Of a DNA stretch of 64,000 nucleotides, positions 1 through 10,634 are shown in pieces. Origin of the DNA: Savitreella phatthalungensis (taxonomy: Eukaryota). Within the stretch, counting starts at the first letter, position 1; each line of letters starts with the position of its first letter. Made by a program: the position numbers and the translations under genes. Below the pieces are notes generated by a model. The model worked only from the letters and a program-made list of their open reading frames with translations. It was not told where the DNA came from and searched no databases. The stretch spans positions 186,001 to 250,000 of the forward strand of contig AP039689.1 in assembly GCA_051599415.1 (NCBI GenBank), in the 5' to 3' direction.

Positions 1-184
1 GTGCTGGTACCAGCTCCTCTACGGGTCATTCGATCATTTGAGGATCGATATACGATATAGTCCAGGCTGTTTAGGTGGATTCAGTATGGCGTTTTCCTCG
101 TTTCAATTATTGTTCGTGCGGGTACAGATCAAAGAAGGGTTGACTTTTTTAAAAACCATTCATCACTCACGCTCTCTTCTCCAT
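1..184 (-). other. Possible 5' end of a spliced transcript running off the left edge (exon 184-171, intron 170-19, exon 18-<1); coding (MEKRAGAGTS...) or a non-coding snoRNA host
   Basis: On the minus strand, ATGGAGAAGAGAGC is followed by a GTGAGT donor at 170. A weak branch-like AATGAC precedes the CCGTAG acceptor at 20-19. The spliced frame is open to the window edge. Confidence 0.3.
78..170 (-). ncRNA. Candidate intronic box C/D snoRNA
   Basis: Box C GTGATGA (166-160) and box D CTGA (84-81) span about 86 nt inside the putative intron. No rRNA target recognised. Confidence 0.35.
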
Positions 185-1317
185 CGATGCAGTGTGAGAG
201 TATACTGTATGTATATGTGTGTATGCATATGAGGATGATGTGCTGGACGGTAATGGGCACGGGGTCAGTGACAGCTGGCTGATCATATAGCTGAAGCAAC
301 TGTGCTAGAACTCACGCAGCTAGGTCTGTATCCCTAAGTACAAAATGTTTCATCCTTTGGCCATGCTACACTAGACGGCGCGTGCGCACGTTTCCTGTTC
401 ACCCGAGATAGTTCGAAGGGATGGCTAGATCCGAAGGGGTCTATAGTCTATTCGATCGGATCTCAATCAACTTGAGCAGTCGGCTGGTCATATGGAGTTG
501 GGAGGATTTACGAGGATATCAAATTTGAATATCTTGCTCGACTGAACTAGAGTGCCTTGAGTGGCTCCGCTTTCCAAGTCTACGTACGAGCTGTATACAG
601 CACTCGTATCCGAGAACAAACTTGCAGAACTGAAGCTTCAGGTGATGTGACCTTTCCGAGGATGAATTCGAAACCATTGATCAAGGGCTTTTTTCTATAT
701 TGATCACTCGCTCGATCTATCCCGACAGACCAAAATTCGATTTGATATTCCGAGTCCCGAATCATCCCCGCATGGTAAGCAGCTGATCAAGTATTCGAAG
801 ATCATGAGCCATGCATCTGTAGCTCCTACTACTAGCTCACCCATACTTTACGGATGGTTTCGTATGGTCAGCATTCGTCGCCGTCAACGAGGCTGATTGT
901 TCGTCTTCGTGATTCGAGAGATGTGCCGTCTCCTACAGGGTCTGCTCCAGAGATATCCTTCCGGAGCTCCGAAGCAGCCACATAATCACATAGCGAGCCG
1001 AACCAATAAGTTATGTGACAAATACACTTCCAGACATGCTCACGGCGTACAAAGTCGCGCAGTACGTGCCAACCGCCCTTGCTGCCACTCCATTGAAAAT
1101 GACAAGCTCTCCGACGCGTCTCTGTAAATTGTGGCGCGCGGCGCGTCTTAATCCACAGATCGATCGACCACTCAGATCACGTGCAGAAACACGTGACGAC
1201 ACCTCATCAGCGAGATCTGTGTCGCGTCTCCAAAGGGAATAGATACAGTGTGCTTGGTGATCGTTCATTCTTGCTTTGTGGTCATGTTGCTACACTAGAT
1301 GTCGTTCGTTTCCTTAC

Positions 1318-3585
1318 TCATAGACTCGACTTGTCTTCTGGCTCGACGCTTGCTCTTGGTGACAGATACGCGTGTGCTCCATCGTCATCCAGGATATCGT
1401 CAGGTCCGTAGTCATCCCGGTTATCGTGATCATCATACCTAGCAGTGTCATAGGAATGATCCTCGGCGAACCCACTTGAGTCACTCATACTCCTACTCCG
1501 CTGCCGGCCAGCCTTCCCGCCGGTTGCCGGACTGCCATCGTCCAACGATGGAAATCCAAGACCCAGACCCTCGAGATCCTCCCTGCTATAGCCCACAAAC
1601 CGGTTGCTCGTCGATGGCGTCATGACAGGTCTGGCGATTTGGTCGACTGGGAATGGATGAGCTGGTGCCGAGGCGAATCTGAAATGGTCGCGAAGGCGCT
1701 GTCCGTAGGTAGGCTGCCTTCGGTGGGTGAAGGTCTGAGCGGCCTGGTTGTTCGGGGATGACGGTTCGCTCTGAGAGATCACACCACCGCCTCTCGCTAG
1801 AGCCCGCTGCAGGTGCTGCGATAGATCCACTGTCGCACCTCGACCGGTGAAGACCAGGGCTAGGAGGACGAGCGTCAGGAGAGTCTGGAAGATGCCGAGT
1901 CGTTTGAAAAAGACAAGTTCCTCGTGGAGCACATCTACACGGAAACTCGTTCGCTCGAGATCGAGCTCGTGTCTGCGTCGTGTGCCTTCCATCTTGCTGA
2001 CTGCAGATAGGTAGAGTTCCTGATAGTCTTGTCTGAGCGACTCCGTCCGTGCAAAGATGGTCGCGTTCACGTGCTCCAGGAAGGAGGTTAGATGACGGGC
2101 CTGCGAGGACGACAGCTGTGAGAAGGATCTCGCCAGTAGTGCGCTCTGTGCTTCGATATACCTCATCGTCAGCGTTGCGTTTACCTCTAGCAGGTTCAAG
2201 CGCTTGTTGATCTGTTTGTAAATCGATTCTTGTAGTGGAGGACTCTGCTGTGGCGGAGCTGCAGCTGCCGCTGCAAACTCGGTGGTTATCGCTCGGAATA
2301 TCGATGTGCGGCTTGGCGCGCGTACGGTGAAAGCATCGCGCGCAGTGATTGGCAAGTCAGCGGCACATGTCGCTCGTAAGAGGTGGTCGTCGTTCGGGCG
2401 AGGGCAAGTCGGCACTGGGACAGATTCTTGCTTGATCGGGGTGAGGATCGCTGGAGTAACGGCTGGTTGCGTCGTAGACGGAACTACACTCGCCTGTAGC
2501 TCCATCGTAGCTGCCTGTATGGCACTCGAGATAGGAAGCAGGTCTGCTGCCATATCGTGCGATAGAGCATCGAGTTTATCGCTGTCGATCATGATCTGCT
2601 GCAATGGTAGTAGGGGGACAGGCGATGCGGCTGGATCAATGACATCTGGAGATGCGACAACCATCGTGCCTGCTTGTGCTCCTGCCAGCTCCTCCTGCTT
2701 GTACTCCTCCATCATTGTCTTGCCAAATACACGCACGAGTGACAAAGGGCAGTAAAACTCATTACCATAGTGAGACAGAAGCTCGACGGTCAGATATCTT
2801 GCCCATATCAGCGGATTCTGAATGGTGAAGGACTGTGTCCGTCGAACGTGTGCAGCGGTGAAGTTGCCTAGATGAGTCCAGCCTTCCGGGCCAGGAGGAT
2901 ACTTTGCCGAAACGGAGAAAGATACATCTCGAAAAACGCCGCTGAAAAGCTCATAATTGGCCAATTGGATTGTATCGACGAGAATGTCATTGCAGAGCTC
3001 GACGACGAGGAACTGGCGATGCGCTCGACAACTGTTCAGCATGTAGTAGTCCTTTGTCTGCTTTAATACGTTTGTCGCTCCTTTGGCCTCTGAGTTGTGG
3101 TCGATGATTGAAGCTGCACAATCGAAAGAAGCATGGTTGAAGCGATCTTTCTTTTCAGAAACTTCAACAGCGGACGGCCGTGCAGCAGCTGCGGATGAAG
3201 AGACAGTTGAGACTGGAACCATGGTCTGTAGCGAGACCGCGGCAGTTTCCGCAGGAGCCGACGTCTGCGAGAAGAGCGGTCGGATGTCAGCCTTCTGGAT
3301 CTCAATTCGCTGGGCTTCTTTCCACTTCTCAAATGAGAGAAAGCCCTCTTGATTCGCGTCCGCCTCTGGGTGGGTCGAGATTGTCGGAGCAGTTGCGCGC
3401 GGCTCTGGACGCGGAGAATCGACCTTTGCGCAGAGTGGATATTTCAGTGGAGCGTCCAGGAAGCGTTTGAGAGAAAGTCCCGGCTGAGCAGCAACTTTTG
3501 CGGGAAAGCAATGTAGACATGACAACAGCAGTAGTAGGAGCAGCAGCCTGCAATGCTTCCGCAGCGAAAGAAGCAATGCAGTCAT
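1318..3585 (-). CDS. SLP1: SUN-domain (Sad1/UNC-like) ER membrane protein, Slp1/SUCO-like
   Basis: Signal peptide; FLSFEKWK; RFNHASFDCAA...YMLNSC...VELCNDILVDTIQLANYELFS...YGNEFYCPLSLVRVFGKTMME; coiled coil (ESIYKQINKRL) and a TM helix. First ATG at 3585. Confidence 0.9.
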   Translation of the reverse strand: MTALLLSLRKHCRLLLLLLLLSCLHCFPAKVAAQPGLSLKRFLDAPLKYPLCAKVDSPRPEPRATAPTISTHPEADANQEGFLSFEKWKEAQRIEIQKADIRPLFSQTSAPAETAAVSLQTMVPVSTVSSSAAAARPSAVEVSEKKDRFNHASFDCAASIIDHNSEAKGATNVLKQTKDYYMLNSCRAHRQFLVVELCNDILVDTIQLANYELFSGVFRDVSFSVSAKYPPGPEGWTHLGNFTAAHVRRTQSFTIQNPLIWARYLTVELLSHYGNEFYCPLSLVRVFGKTMMEEYKQEELAGAQAGTMVVASPDVIDPAASPVPLLPLQQIMIDSDKLDALSHDMAADLLPISSAIQAATMELQASVVPSTTQPAVTPAILTPIKQESVPVPTCPRPNDDHLLRATCAADLPITARDAFTVRAPSRTSIFRAITTEFAAAAAAPPQQSPPLQESIYKQINKRLNLLEVNATLTMRYIEAQSALLARSFSQLSSSQARHLTSFLEHVNATIFARTESLRQDYQELYLSAVSKMEGTRRRHELDLERTSFRVDVLHEELVFFKRLGIFQTLLTLVLLALVFTGRGATVDLSQHLQRALARGGGVISQSEPSSPNNQAAQTFTHRRQPTYGQRLRDHFRFASAPAHPFPVDQIARPVMTPSTSNRFVGYSREDLEGLGLGFPSLDDGSPATGGKAGRQRSRSMSDSSGFAEDHSYDTARYDDHDNRDDYGPDDILDDDGAHAYLSPRASVEPEDKSSL

Positions 3586-3640
3586 CCTCACGAGGGAGTG
3601 CGCATCATCAGCTTCACAGAAGAACGAGCATCTAGTTCTA

Positions 3641-3670
3641 CTGAGCAGCTCTGAGCAGCTCTGAGCAGTT
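3641..3670. repeat. 10-bp tandem repeat (CTGAGCAGCT)x3
   Basis: Read directly from the sequence. Confidence 0.9.
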
Positions 3671-3902
3671 CTATGAAGCGTCTTAGTTGAGCTCTATAGT
3701 GGTTGTGGTCTGCGGTACATGAAGAGGCAAGCTTATATGTGTCACATGCAGCATCCAGTCTATACATGTGCGTGCACTGGTCCACGCAGTATAAACAATA
3801 TTTGATCACATATTTTACAATTTCAGGCTTTTTGATTCTGTGCATCTGCGGAATATCCAACTACACGTACAGACAAATGTACAGCGTAGACAATAACACA
3901 TG

Positions 3903-3933
3903 CACACACATACACATACACATACATACATAC

Positions 3934-3967
<34 letters not shown>
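3903..3967. repeat. (CATACA)n/(CA)n microsatellite
   Basis: Read directly; lies in the SLP1-MSH6 divergent intergenic region. Confidence 0.9.
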
Positions 3968-3969
3968 GA

Positions 3970-4132
3970 ACGCGTTCATATGAGGCAAAAAGTACATGCA
4001 TGCAGCTATGCACACTCTTATGCACACTTTTATGTAAATGCACCTTCTGTAAGACGCGACGCAACAAGAACAAGACGCGTCACGCAGCAGATCAAGGGGA
4101 AGTGTAGCAAAGCACAAGGGTAGGAGACGCGA
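3970..4132 (+). promoter_or_regulatory. Cluster of MCB-like elements upstream of MSH6
   Basis: ACGCGT at 3970 and 4075, ACGCGA at 4054 and 4127, all within 200 bp of the MSH6 ATG. Confidence 0.55.
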
Positions 4133-4160
4133 GTAGACGCCCAGAGTGCAGTCATCGAGC

Positions 4161-7100
4161 ATGGCGCCTCAGCAGCGTACGCTTCTCGGATTCTTCCAAA
4201 AAACTCCGAGTAAAGAATCGAACGGCGCCCCACCCACACCACTTCACTCCACAGCCAAATCACAACCTACACGTCAAGTAGGTGCAGAAAAGTCACCCAA
4301 CGTCATCGATACTCCCCTCGCAAAGCGTACGATATCTTCTCCAATCACACACGATTCACTCTCAAGTCCATTAGCTCTTGGAAGTCAAGGTCGTGGTGGT
4401 AGAGCTCGTAAGCGCGTCAAATATGCGGAGTCCGAAGACGAAGACGGAGTTCCTTCGCTTGATAAGGACTCGAGCTACGAAGCAGAGGATGCAATGAGTG
4501 CTGGCATTGATGACGACGCAGACGATGATGAAATGCACTATGACGATAGTGATGACGAGCCAGTGAAGACGAAGCGCCGTGCTAAGCCAGTCCGATCACA
4601 AGCATTGACACCAGTCTCTATCGAGGAGGAAGAGGCACCAGGATCACGCAAGCTTGAACCGACTGGTCCCTCGCGCTCACTCTCTGAATTCCATGCATCA
4701 TCTACCACCGGCCAAAATACACCGTCTCTGCTGCGCGAGTCCTCGTCGCGTATCTCGAATGCCGCCCTCATGACACGTGAGGAGAAGATTATCGAGAATG
4801 CAGATGGCTACGCATGGTTGAAGCCGGAAAATATCAAAGATGCTGACGGTCATCGTCCCGGAGAGCCAGGATACGATCCAGGAACGCTCTACATCCCGAA
4901 GAGTGCTCTTAACAAGTTCTCTCCATTCGAAGGGCAGTTCTGGGAGTTCAAGCGCCGAAACTGGGGATCGATCATCTTTTTCCAGAAAGGCAAATTTTAC
5001 GAGCTGTACGAGGATGACGCTGTACTCGGTCACCAACTGTTCGACCTCAAGTTGACGAGCCGTGGCATGCGCATGGTCGGCGTTCCCGATTACACGTTCG
5101 ATCACTGGGCTGCGCAATTCATCGCCAAAGGTCATCGTGTCGCGCGAGTCGACCAGATGGAAAGTATCCTGGGCAAGGAGTTGCGGGACAGACAGCAGCA
5201 GCAGACCAGTGCTCCCGGCAAGAAGGACAAGATTGTGCGGCGGGAGCTGACACAGATCCTCACGCAGGGGACGCTCGTCGACCAGGGTATGTTGCAGTCA
5301 GATATGGCCACCTACGTGATGAGCATCAAAGAAGCGGATGCACCTGCAGGCGAAGTTGCCACGGCACCGCGCTTTGGCGTAGCCTTTGCGGATGCAGCCA
5401 CTGGCGCCTTCCAGCTTTCCTACTTCACGGATGACGCTTCCCGTACGAAGCTCGACACGCTTCTATCTCAGACTCGGCCGCGCGAAGTTGTCTTGGAAAA
5501 GGGACGATTGTCACCCAAGAGCTTCAAGACCATTCGCATCGCTTGTCCGACTGACACGATCTATGTGCAAGCAAAGCCGGAGGAAGAATTCTGGGACAGT
5601 GAGCGGACACTCCTCGAACTCCGCGAAGCGCGATACTTTGGAGAACAATCATTGGACGACTGGCCTATTGTTGTTCGTGAAATGAAGGAAAACGACGAAC
5701 AAGCCGGTCTCTCTGCATTGGGAGGACTGATCTCATACTTGCGCAGTCTCAAGCTCGATCGCGACCTATGTTCGATACGCAACTTTACCGAGTACGATCC
5801 GCTCAGGAGATCCACCTCGCTCGTGCTCGACGGACAATCACTCATCAACCTTGAGATCTTCCAGAATACTTGGAATGGCGGTGCTGAAGGCACGCTCTTC
5901 GAGTTCTTAAACCGCTGCGTCACACCCTTCGGCAAGCGACTACTGAAAATGTGGGTTTGTCACCCATTGCAGGATGCCCTGCAGATCGAAGCGCGTCTGA
6001 ACGCGATCGAAGCGCTCAATCAGTCTTTCGATCTCAAAGATGTCATTTTGAGTGGACTCACTCGCCTACCGGATCTCGAACGGATGATGAGTCGTATCCA
6101 TGTCGGCAGGTGTCGGGTTGGCGATTTCGTCCGTGTGCTTGAGGGTATGTCTCACCTGGTCGAGCTAGTGCGCGGCCTGAAGGAGGACAAGTCTTTGGCC
6201 GACAAGCTACTCCGAGACATACTCGAGGCTGCTCCGGATATGCAAGAACACGTCACTTACTGGCGCAACGCATTTGATTGGGATGCTGCAAAGACGACTG
6301 CGAGCAATCGCGATACTGCCAGCGCAGCCATTACGCCAACGCCAGGCGCAGAGGAAGAATATGACCAGTCGCAGGCTGCGATCGACGCCGTCGAAGCTCA
6401 ATTTCCGCCGCTCTTGAAGCAGTACAAGTCGCAGTTGAAGTGCTCAAAGCTCGAGTACCGTCACCTCGGGGCGTCCAAGGAAGTCTACCAGATCGAGGTG
6501 CCAGCGGAGGTCTCTGTGCCAAAGGACTGGCAGCGCATGTCATCCACCAAAGCGGTCGTGCGCTACTGGTCTCCCGAGGTGCGGATCCTCGTCAAGCAGC
6601 TGCTCGAGGCGCAGGAGCTGCACAAGGTCGTGGCCGAAGGCGTGCAGGCGCGATTCATGCAGAAATTCGATGCCGACTACCGCGACTGGATGTCGCTTGT
6701 GACGGCTGTGGCGAAGCTCGACTGTCTCTGTTCCCTCGCTAGCTCTTCTCTTGCTCTCGGCGAAGAAGCCTGCAGACCAGAACTTGTTGGTGACTCGTCT
6801 CAACCGACGGTCGAATTCGGCGGCCTCCGACACCCATGCAACGCTGACTTTATCCCGAATGACGTCGTCCTTGGCGGCCAGAAAGCCAACCTCTCCCTCC
6901 TTACCGGACCTAACATGGCAGGCAAATCGACCTTGCTGCGGAGTGTCTGCGTCGGTGTCGTCCTTGCCCAACTCGGCCACCTGGTCCCAGCCACCAGCTG
7001 CCGGCTGACGCCACTCGACCAGGTGAGCGTGCGGACTGGAGGTGCGCGAGACAATGCGGCCGCTGGCCAATCGACATTCATGGTCGAGTTGCAGGAGACG

Positions 7101-7556
7101 AGTGCGATCTTGGCGTCTGCGACGTCGAGATCGCTCGTCGTCCTGGACGAGCTTGGTCGTGGTACGTCGACTCACGATGGCGCAGCGATCGCCCAAGCCG
7201 TTCTCCACTACCTCGCCACCACCACTCACTCCCTTGGCTTCTTCTCAACCCACTACTCCCGCATGGCCACCGCCTTCCACCAGCTCGACCACCTAGTCAG
7301 GCCACAGTGCATGGCCTACAAGCTTGACGAGCACGGCAGGCGAGTCACGTTCCTGTACAAGCTCATCGACGGCGTCTGCTCCCACTCACACGGACTCAAC
7401 GTCGCCAGGCTCGCAGGTCTCCCAGACGACGTCGTCGAAGCAGCAGCTCGTGCGAGCGAGAGCTTCGCCAACTCCGCATCCACTCACAACGTCGCCAGAG
7501 TCGTCGCTGACCTCGACAATTTTTCAGCCAAAGACTTGCTCAGCCTCGCATCATGA
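4161..7556 (+). CDS. MSH6: DNA mismatch repair protein MutS homolog 6
   Basis: N-terminal PIP box QRTLLGFF, GKFYELYE mismatch motif, Walker A GPNMAGKST, STFMVEL, DELGRGTST, FSTHY. ATG at 4161. Confidence 0.97.
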   Translation: MAPQQRTLLGFFQKTPSKESNGAPPTPLHSTAKSQPTRQVGAEKSPNVIDTPLAKRTISSPITHDSLSSPLALGSQGRGGRARKRVKYAESEDEDGVPSLDKDSSYEAEDAMSAGIDDDADDDEMHYDDSDDEPVKTKRRAKPVRSQALTPVSIEEEEAPGSRKLEPTGPSRSLSEFHASSTTGQNTPSLLRESSSRISNAALMTREEKIIENADGYAWLKPENIKDADGHRPGEPGYDPGTLYIPKSALNKFSPFEGQFWEFKRRNWGSIIFFQKGKFYELYEDDAVLGHQLFDLKLTSRGMRMVGVPDYTFDHWAAQFIAKGHRVARVDQMESILGKELRDRQQQQTSAPGKKDKIVRRELTQILTQGTLVDQGMLQSDMATYVMSIKEADAPAGEVATAPRFGVAFADAATGAFQLSYFTDDASRTKLDTLLSQTRPREVVLEKGRLSPKSFKTIRIACPTDTIYVQAKPEEEFWDSERTLLELREARYFGEQSLDDWPIVVREMKENDEQAGLSALGGLISYLRSLKLDRDLCSIRNFTEYDPLRRSTSLVLDGQSLINLEIFQNTWNGGAEGTLFEFLNRCVTPFGKRLLKMWVCHPLQDALQIEARLNAIEALNQSFDLKDVILSGLTRLPDLERMMSRIHVGRCRVGDFVRVLEGMSHLVELVRGLKEDKSLADKLLRDILEAAPDMQEHVTYWRNAFDWDAAKTTASNRDTASAAITPTPGAEEEYDQSQAAIDAVEAQFPPLLKQYKSQLKCSKLEYRHLGASKEVYQIEVPAEVSVPKDWQRMSSTKAVVRYWSPEVRILVKQLLEAQELHKVVAEGVQARFMQKFDADYRDWMSLVTAVAKLDCLCSLASSSLALGEEACRPELVGDSSQPTVEFGGLRHPCNADFIPNDVVLGGQKANLSLLTGPNMAGKSTLLRSVCVGVVLAQLGHLVPATSCRLTPLDQVSVRTGGARDNAAAGQSTFMVELQETSAILASATSRSLVVLDELGRGTSTHDGAAIAQAVLHYLATTTHSLGFFSTHYSRMATAFHQLDHLVRPQCMAYKLDEHGRRVTFLYKLIDGVCSHSHGLNVARLAGLPDDVVEAAARASESFANSASTHNVARVVADLDNFSAKDLLSLAS

Positions 7557-7696
7557 TTAGCAATCTGTTAGAACTAAGTGATGCCGCGTTTTATGACTAT
7601 ATGATATGATATGACAAAACACAAGTGCGCGCATGTGCGTGTGTGAGTGAGTAAGATTGATCTATGGAGTTGTACAAGGTGGGAAGTCTAGGTGGA

Positions 7697-9553
7697 TCAG
7701 CGCTTGCGATCGAGTAGAACAGGTTTGAGGACGCGATCGTCAAAATCTAGGAACCACTGAGTGCGATCGTCCGGCATGGACGACAGGACGCCCTTGAAGT
7801 TGCCAAGCAGTCCTCCACCTGCTGCGGCCGAGGGCGAGTCCGGTGGACCTGTATGTGCTTGGCGTGATGCCGAGCCAGAACCGGAGGCGGATGGACCGCC
7901 GGATAAAGGTACGCCGGCGTGGTTTGCCGGCGGCGGTAGATCTGAGCCAGTGCTGCTGGAGCTGTCGAGGCGCGAGAGGGGTACGTGAGATGGGCGTTCT
8001 GGTGTGGCGTGATCCTTGGCGGATGCGCGCTGTGCGCGAGCGAGGGCCGCGCGGTCGTCTGGGTGTTGGAGATGCATATCACGTGCAGACAGCGGTAGCT
8101 GGCCTCTGGATGCAAGTCTTCCGCCTTCCTCCACATCGAATTCGTCATCGGATACCTCTTCCTCCTGCGGAACTCCTGTCCGAATCCCCAAAATCTGGAG
8201 CATTTGGCCGATCGTGCCGCCAAACACAATCACTGTCAGCACGACAACGACAAGGATCGTTGCCTTGAGTGTCGCTGCAAACTCACCTTCTAGGCCTGCG
8301 GCCAGCGCCACACCGACAGCGCCACGCAAGCCTGCCCAGAAGAGCATGACCTGGTATGGATGGGAGAGCTCACCATCTGCACGGGAGGACGAGAAACGAG
8401 CTGCTCGATGGCGGAGGACAACATTGATAACGGAAGAGAGTGGGAAGACGGCGGCGTATCTTCCCGCACAGACGGCGATAGTGGTTACTAGCACAAGCAT
8501 CGGCTTGTAGACCAGATCGACCTCGGTGAAGAGAGACAGACCCAGATAGATGAAGATGAAGTTCTCTGCCAACTGAGCCAGCAGCTGAAAGATAAATTTT
8601 GTTGACAATTGCGTGCGACGCGACATATTGAAGTACGCGTAGTGCTTGAGTGTGATGCCGCAGAAGAGCAAAGACACGATACCGGACATGTGAATACCGT
8701 TCGAGAAGAAGTATGACGAGTAGGCGAGCAGGAGGATGATACAGCTCTCGATCTGCGGGAATCGGCGCAGATGACTATGCTTTAGGAGCAAAGCAGTACC
8801 AAGTCCGATAGCGATGCCCAGGAAGAGGGAAACGAGCAAAGTGACGAGGAAGACACCGAACGCGTGGAAGATCTGAGACAGCTGCATTGTTTGCCCCTTG
8901 AATTTGCCAAGCGTCTCGAACATGACGATGGAGACGGCGTCGTTGAGCAGTGACTCACCAAAGATAACCGTGTAGAGCTTTGGGTCGACGCGATATGTGG
9001 TGAAGATGCTGAGAACGGTGACTGGATCCGTAGCACTGAGCGTAGCGCCTACCTGCAATGCTTCGATAAAGGTGATAGGGATCGACTCGATATTGAGCGA
9101 TGTCCAGATGTAGACAAGCACGCCGATGACGATAGCGCTCACAAATGTACCGATGAATGCAAAGGTGGTGATGGTGCCAAAGTTGCGGAAGAAGTTTGCC
9201 TGATGGAGTTCATAGCCGCTGTTAAGGATGATTGGCGGTAGAAGGATGTTGAAGAAGTACGTGTACTTGAATGAGACGAGATTCTGTATCGAGTGACCGG
9301 GTGTCAAGCGGACCACAAGTCCGACGACCATGCCACCGAAGATTGAAATGACAGTTTCGTGAACTGCACGGATCTTTCGCTGCTGCAGGAAGTATGATGT
9401 GAAGAGTGCGCCGATGAGGAGAACGATGACGATGAGAAGTGCCCAGGACTGATAGACTTCTTCGAGTGCTGGATCTGTTGGCTCGACATCAGGATCTTCA
9501 GCTTCTACGTCCCGCCGCAATAGCAAGCTCCCCGCCAGCTGGAGCAGACCCAT
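7697..9553 (-). CDS. NHX1: Endosomal Na+(K+)/H+ exchanger
   Basis: FFNILLPPIILNSGY, SATDPV, FGESLLNDAV, WAGLRGAV and about 12 TM helices. Confidence 0.96.
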   Translation of the reverse strand: MGLLQLAGSLLLRRDVEAEDPDVEPTDPALEEVYQSWALLIVIVLLIGALFTSYFLQQRKIRAVHETVISIFGGMVVGLVVRLTPGHSIQNLVSFKYTYFFNILLPPIILNSGYELHQANFFRNFGTITTFAFIGTFVSAIVIGVLVYIWTSLNIESIPITFIEALQVGATLSATDPVTVLSIFTTYRVDPKLYTVIFGESLLNDAVSIVMFETLGKFKGQTMQLSQIFHAFGVFLVTLLVSLFLGIAIGLGTALLLKHSHLRRFPQIESCIILLLAYSSYFFSNGIHMSGIVSLLFCGITLKHYAYFNMSRRTQLSTKFIFQLLAQLAENFIFIYLGLSLFTEVDLVYKPMLVLVTTIAVCAGRYAAVFPLSSVINVVLRHRAARFSSSRADGELSHPYQVMLFWAGLRGAVGVALAAGLEGEFAATLKATILVVVVLTVIVFGGTIGQMLQILGIRTGVPQEEEVSDDEFDVEEGGRLASRGQLPLSARDMHLQHPDDRAALARAQRASAKDHATPERPSHVPLSRLDSSSSTGSDLPPPANHAGVPLSGGPSASGSGSASRQAHTGPPDSPSAAAGGGLLGNFKGVLSSMPDDRTQWFLDFDDRVLKPVLLDRKR

Positions 9554-10634
9554 CTGTGAGCCCTATTATTGATAGAGCTTGACTCTCTTGCTTCTTGACT
9601 AGCACCTTTTGAACGTCCTCCAGAGTGTAGCCGGAGCTAAGAGTTATGATGCCGTATAGCAGTTGGATGTATGATCACGAATATGTTGCTTACACGTGTG
9701 TGGAGGACTGATTTCAGCTAATTTGAATTTGAATTTGACTTTCAACTTGAACTTGACTCCAGAAATCGCTCCCGCCAAAGAGCTGGAGAAAGCTAAAGAT
9801 AGCGAGCAAGGGAGCGAGGGAATAAGCTGTTTGATAACCCATCTGTATACATGCAGTATTCACTCGCGATCAAGATACTTCATTCAGATTGCTGTCTGTG
9901 TTGGATATGATCTTATGCCAAGCACTCAGACATTATCGGAGCACAGTTGATTCTCAGAAAGGATGCACCATTCAGTTTTCATCGCAAGTTTATAATTAAG
10001 TGCATGGTAAAGCAAGAGTAGAAGGCTAGAAGAGCGGATGAGTAGAAGAGTTGAAGAATGAGAAGAGGAGAAGCGTGGATGAGTAGAAGAGTCACCTTGA
10101 GCTAGGTCGAAAAGCTGCGTCGATCTGTGCTTTTCTCAATCGATCGTAATCAATGAAGCGTTCATCAAATCACTCAGACGATCCTTTGATTTGTGCTTGC
10201 CTGTCTCAATCGCTGCACGGTCATCGCCACGCCAGAAGTCTGTTCATGGTACTACACGATCGGGCCAAGCAAGAATCGATCTGGACGGAGTGAACTTCGT
10301 GAGAGAAAGGCATGTGATCATCATTGTCGTCGATGACCCTACGTTGCTCTCTCAATCACCGCATCTTCTTCAACTTCAACTGTCGTTCTTACCTTTAGTT
10401 TGCAAACTAATCCTGCGAGCAATGATGTATTCAGAATTCTACGTTTCAGCATTTCTGATTTCAAGTCAGATGCACCTGACAAATGCAAGCTATATATATA
10501 TCTACAGCAACATAATAGTCCACCCTAGAACCTCCATGACTAATGCAATGTACACACGTAGCCTACCTTATAAAGGACTACAATCTTTCAGCTTCTGTCC
10601 TCCTAAACCACCTCGTAGACTCTTCTCATTGACC

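Noticed and set aside
9720..10095. Short degenerate repeats (AATTTG runs; GGATGAGTAGAAGAGT x2) as a CRISPR-like array or mobile element
   Set aside because: This is low-complexity slippage in a eukaryotic promoter, with no regular spacers, terminal inverted repeats or transposase.
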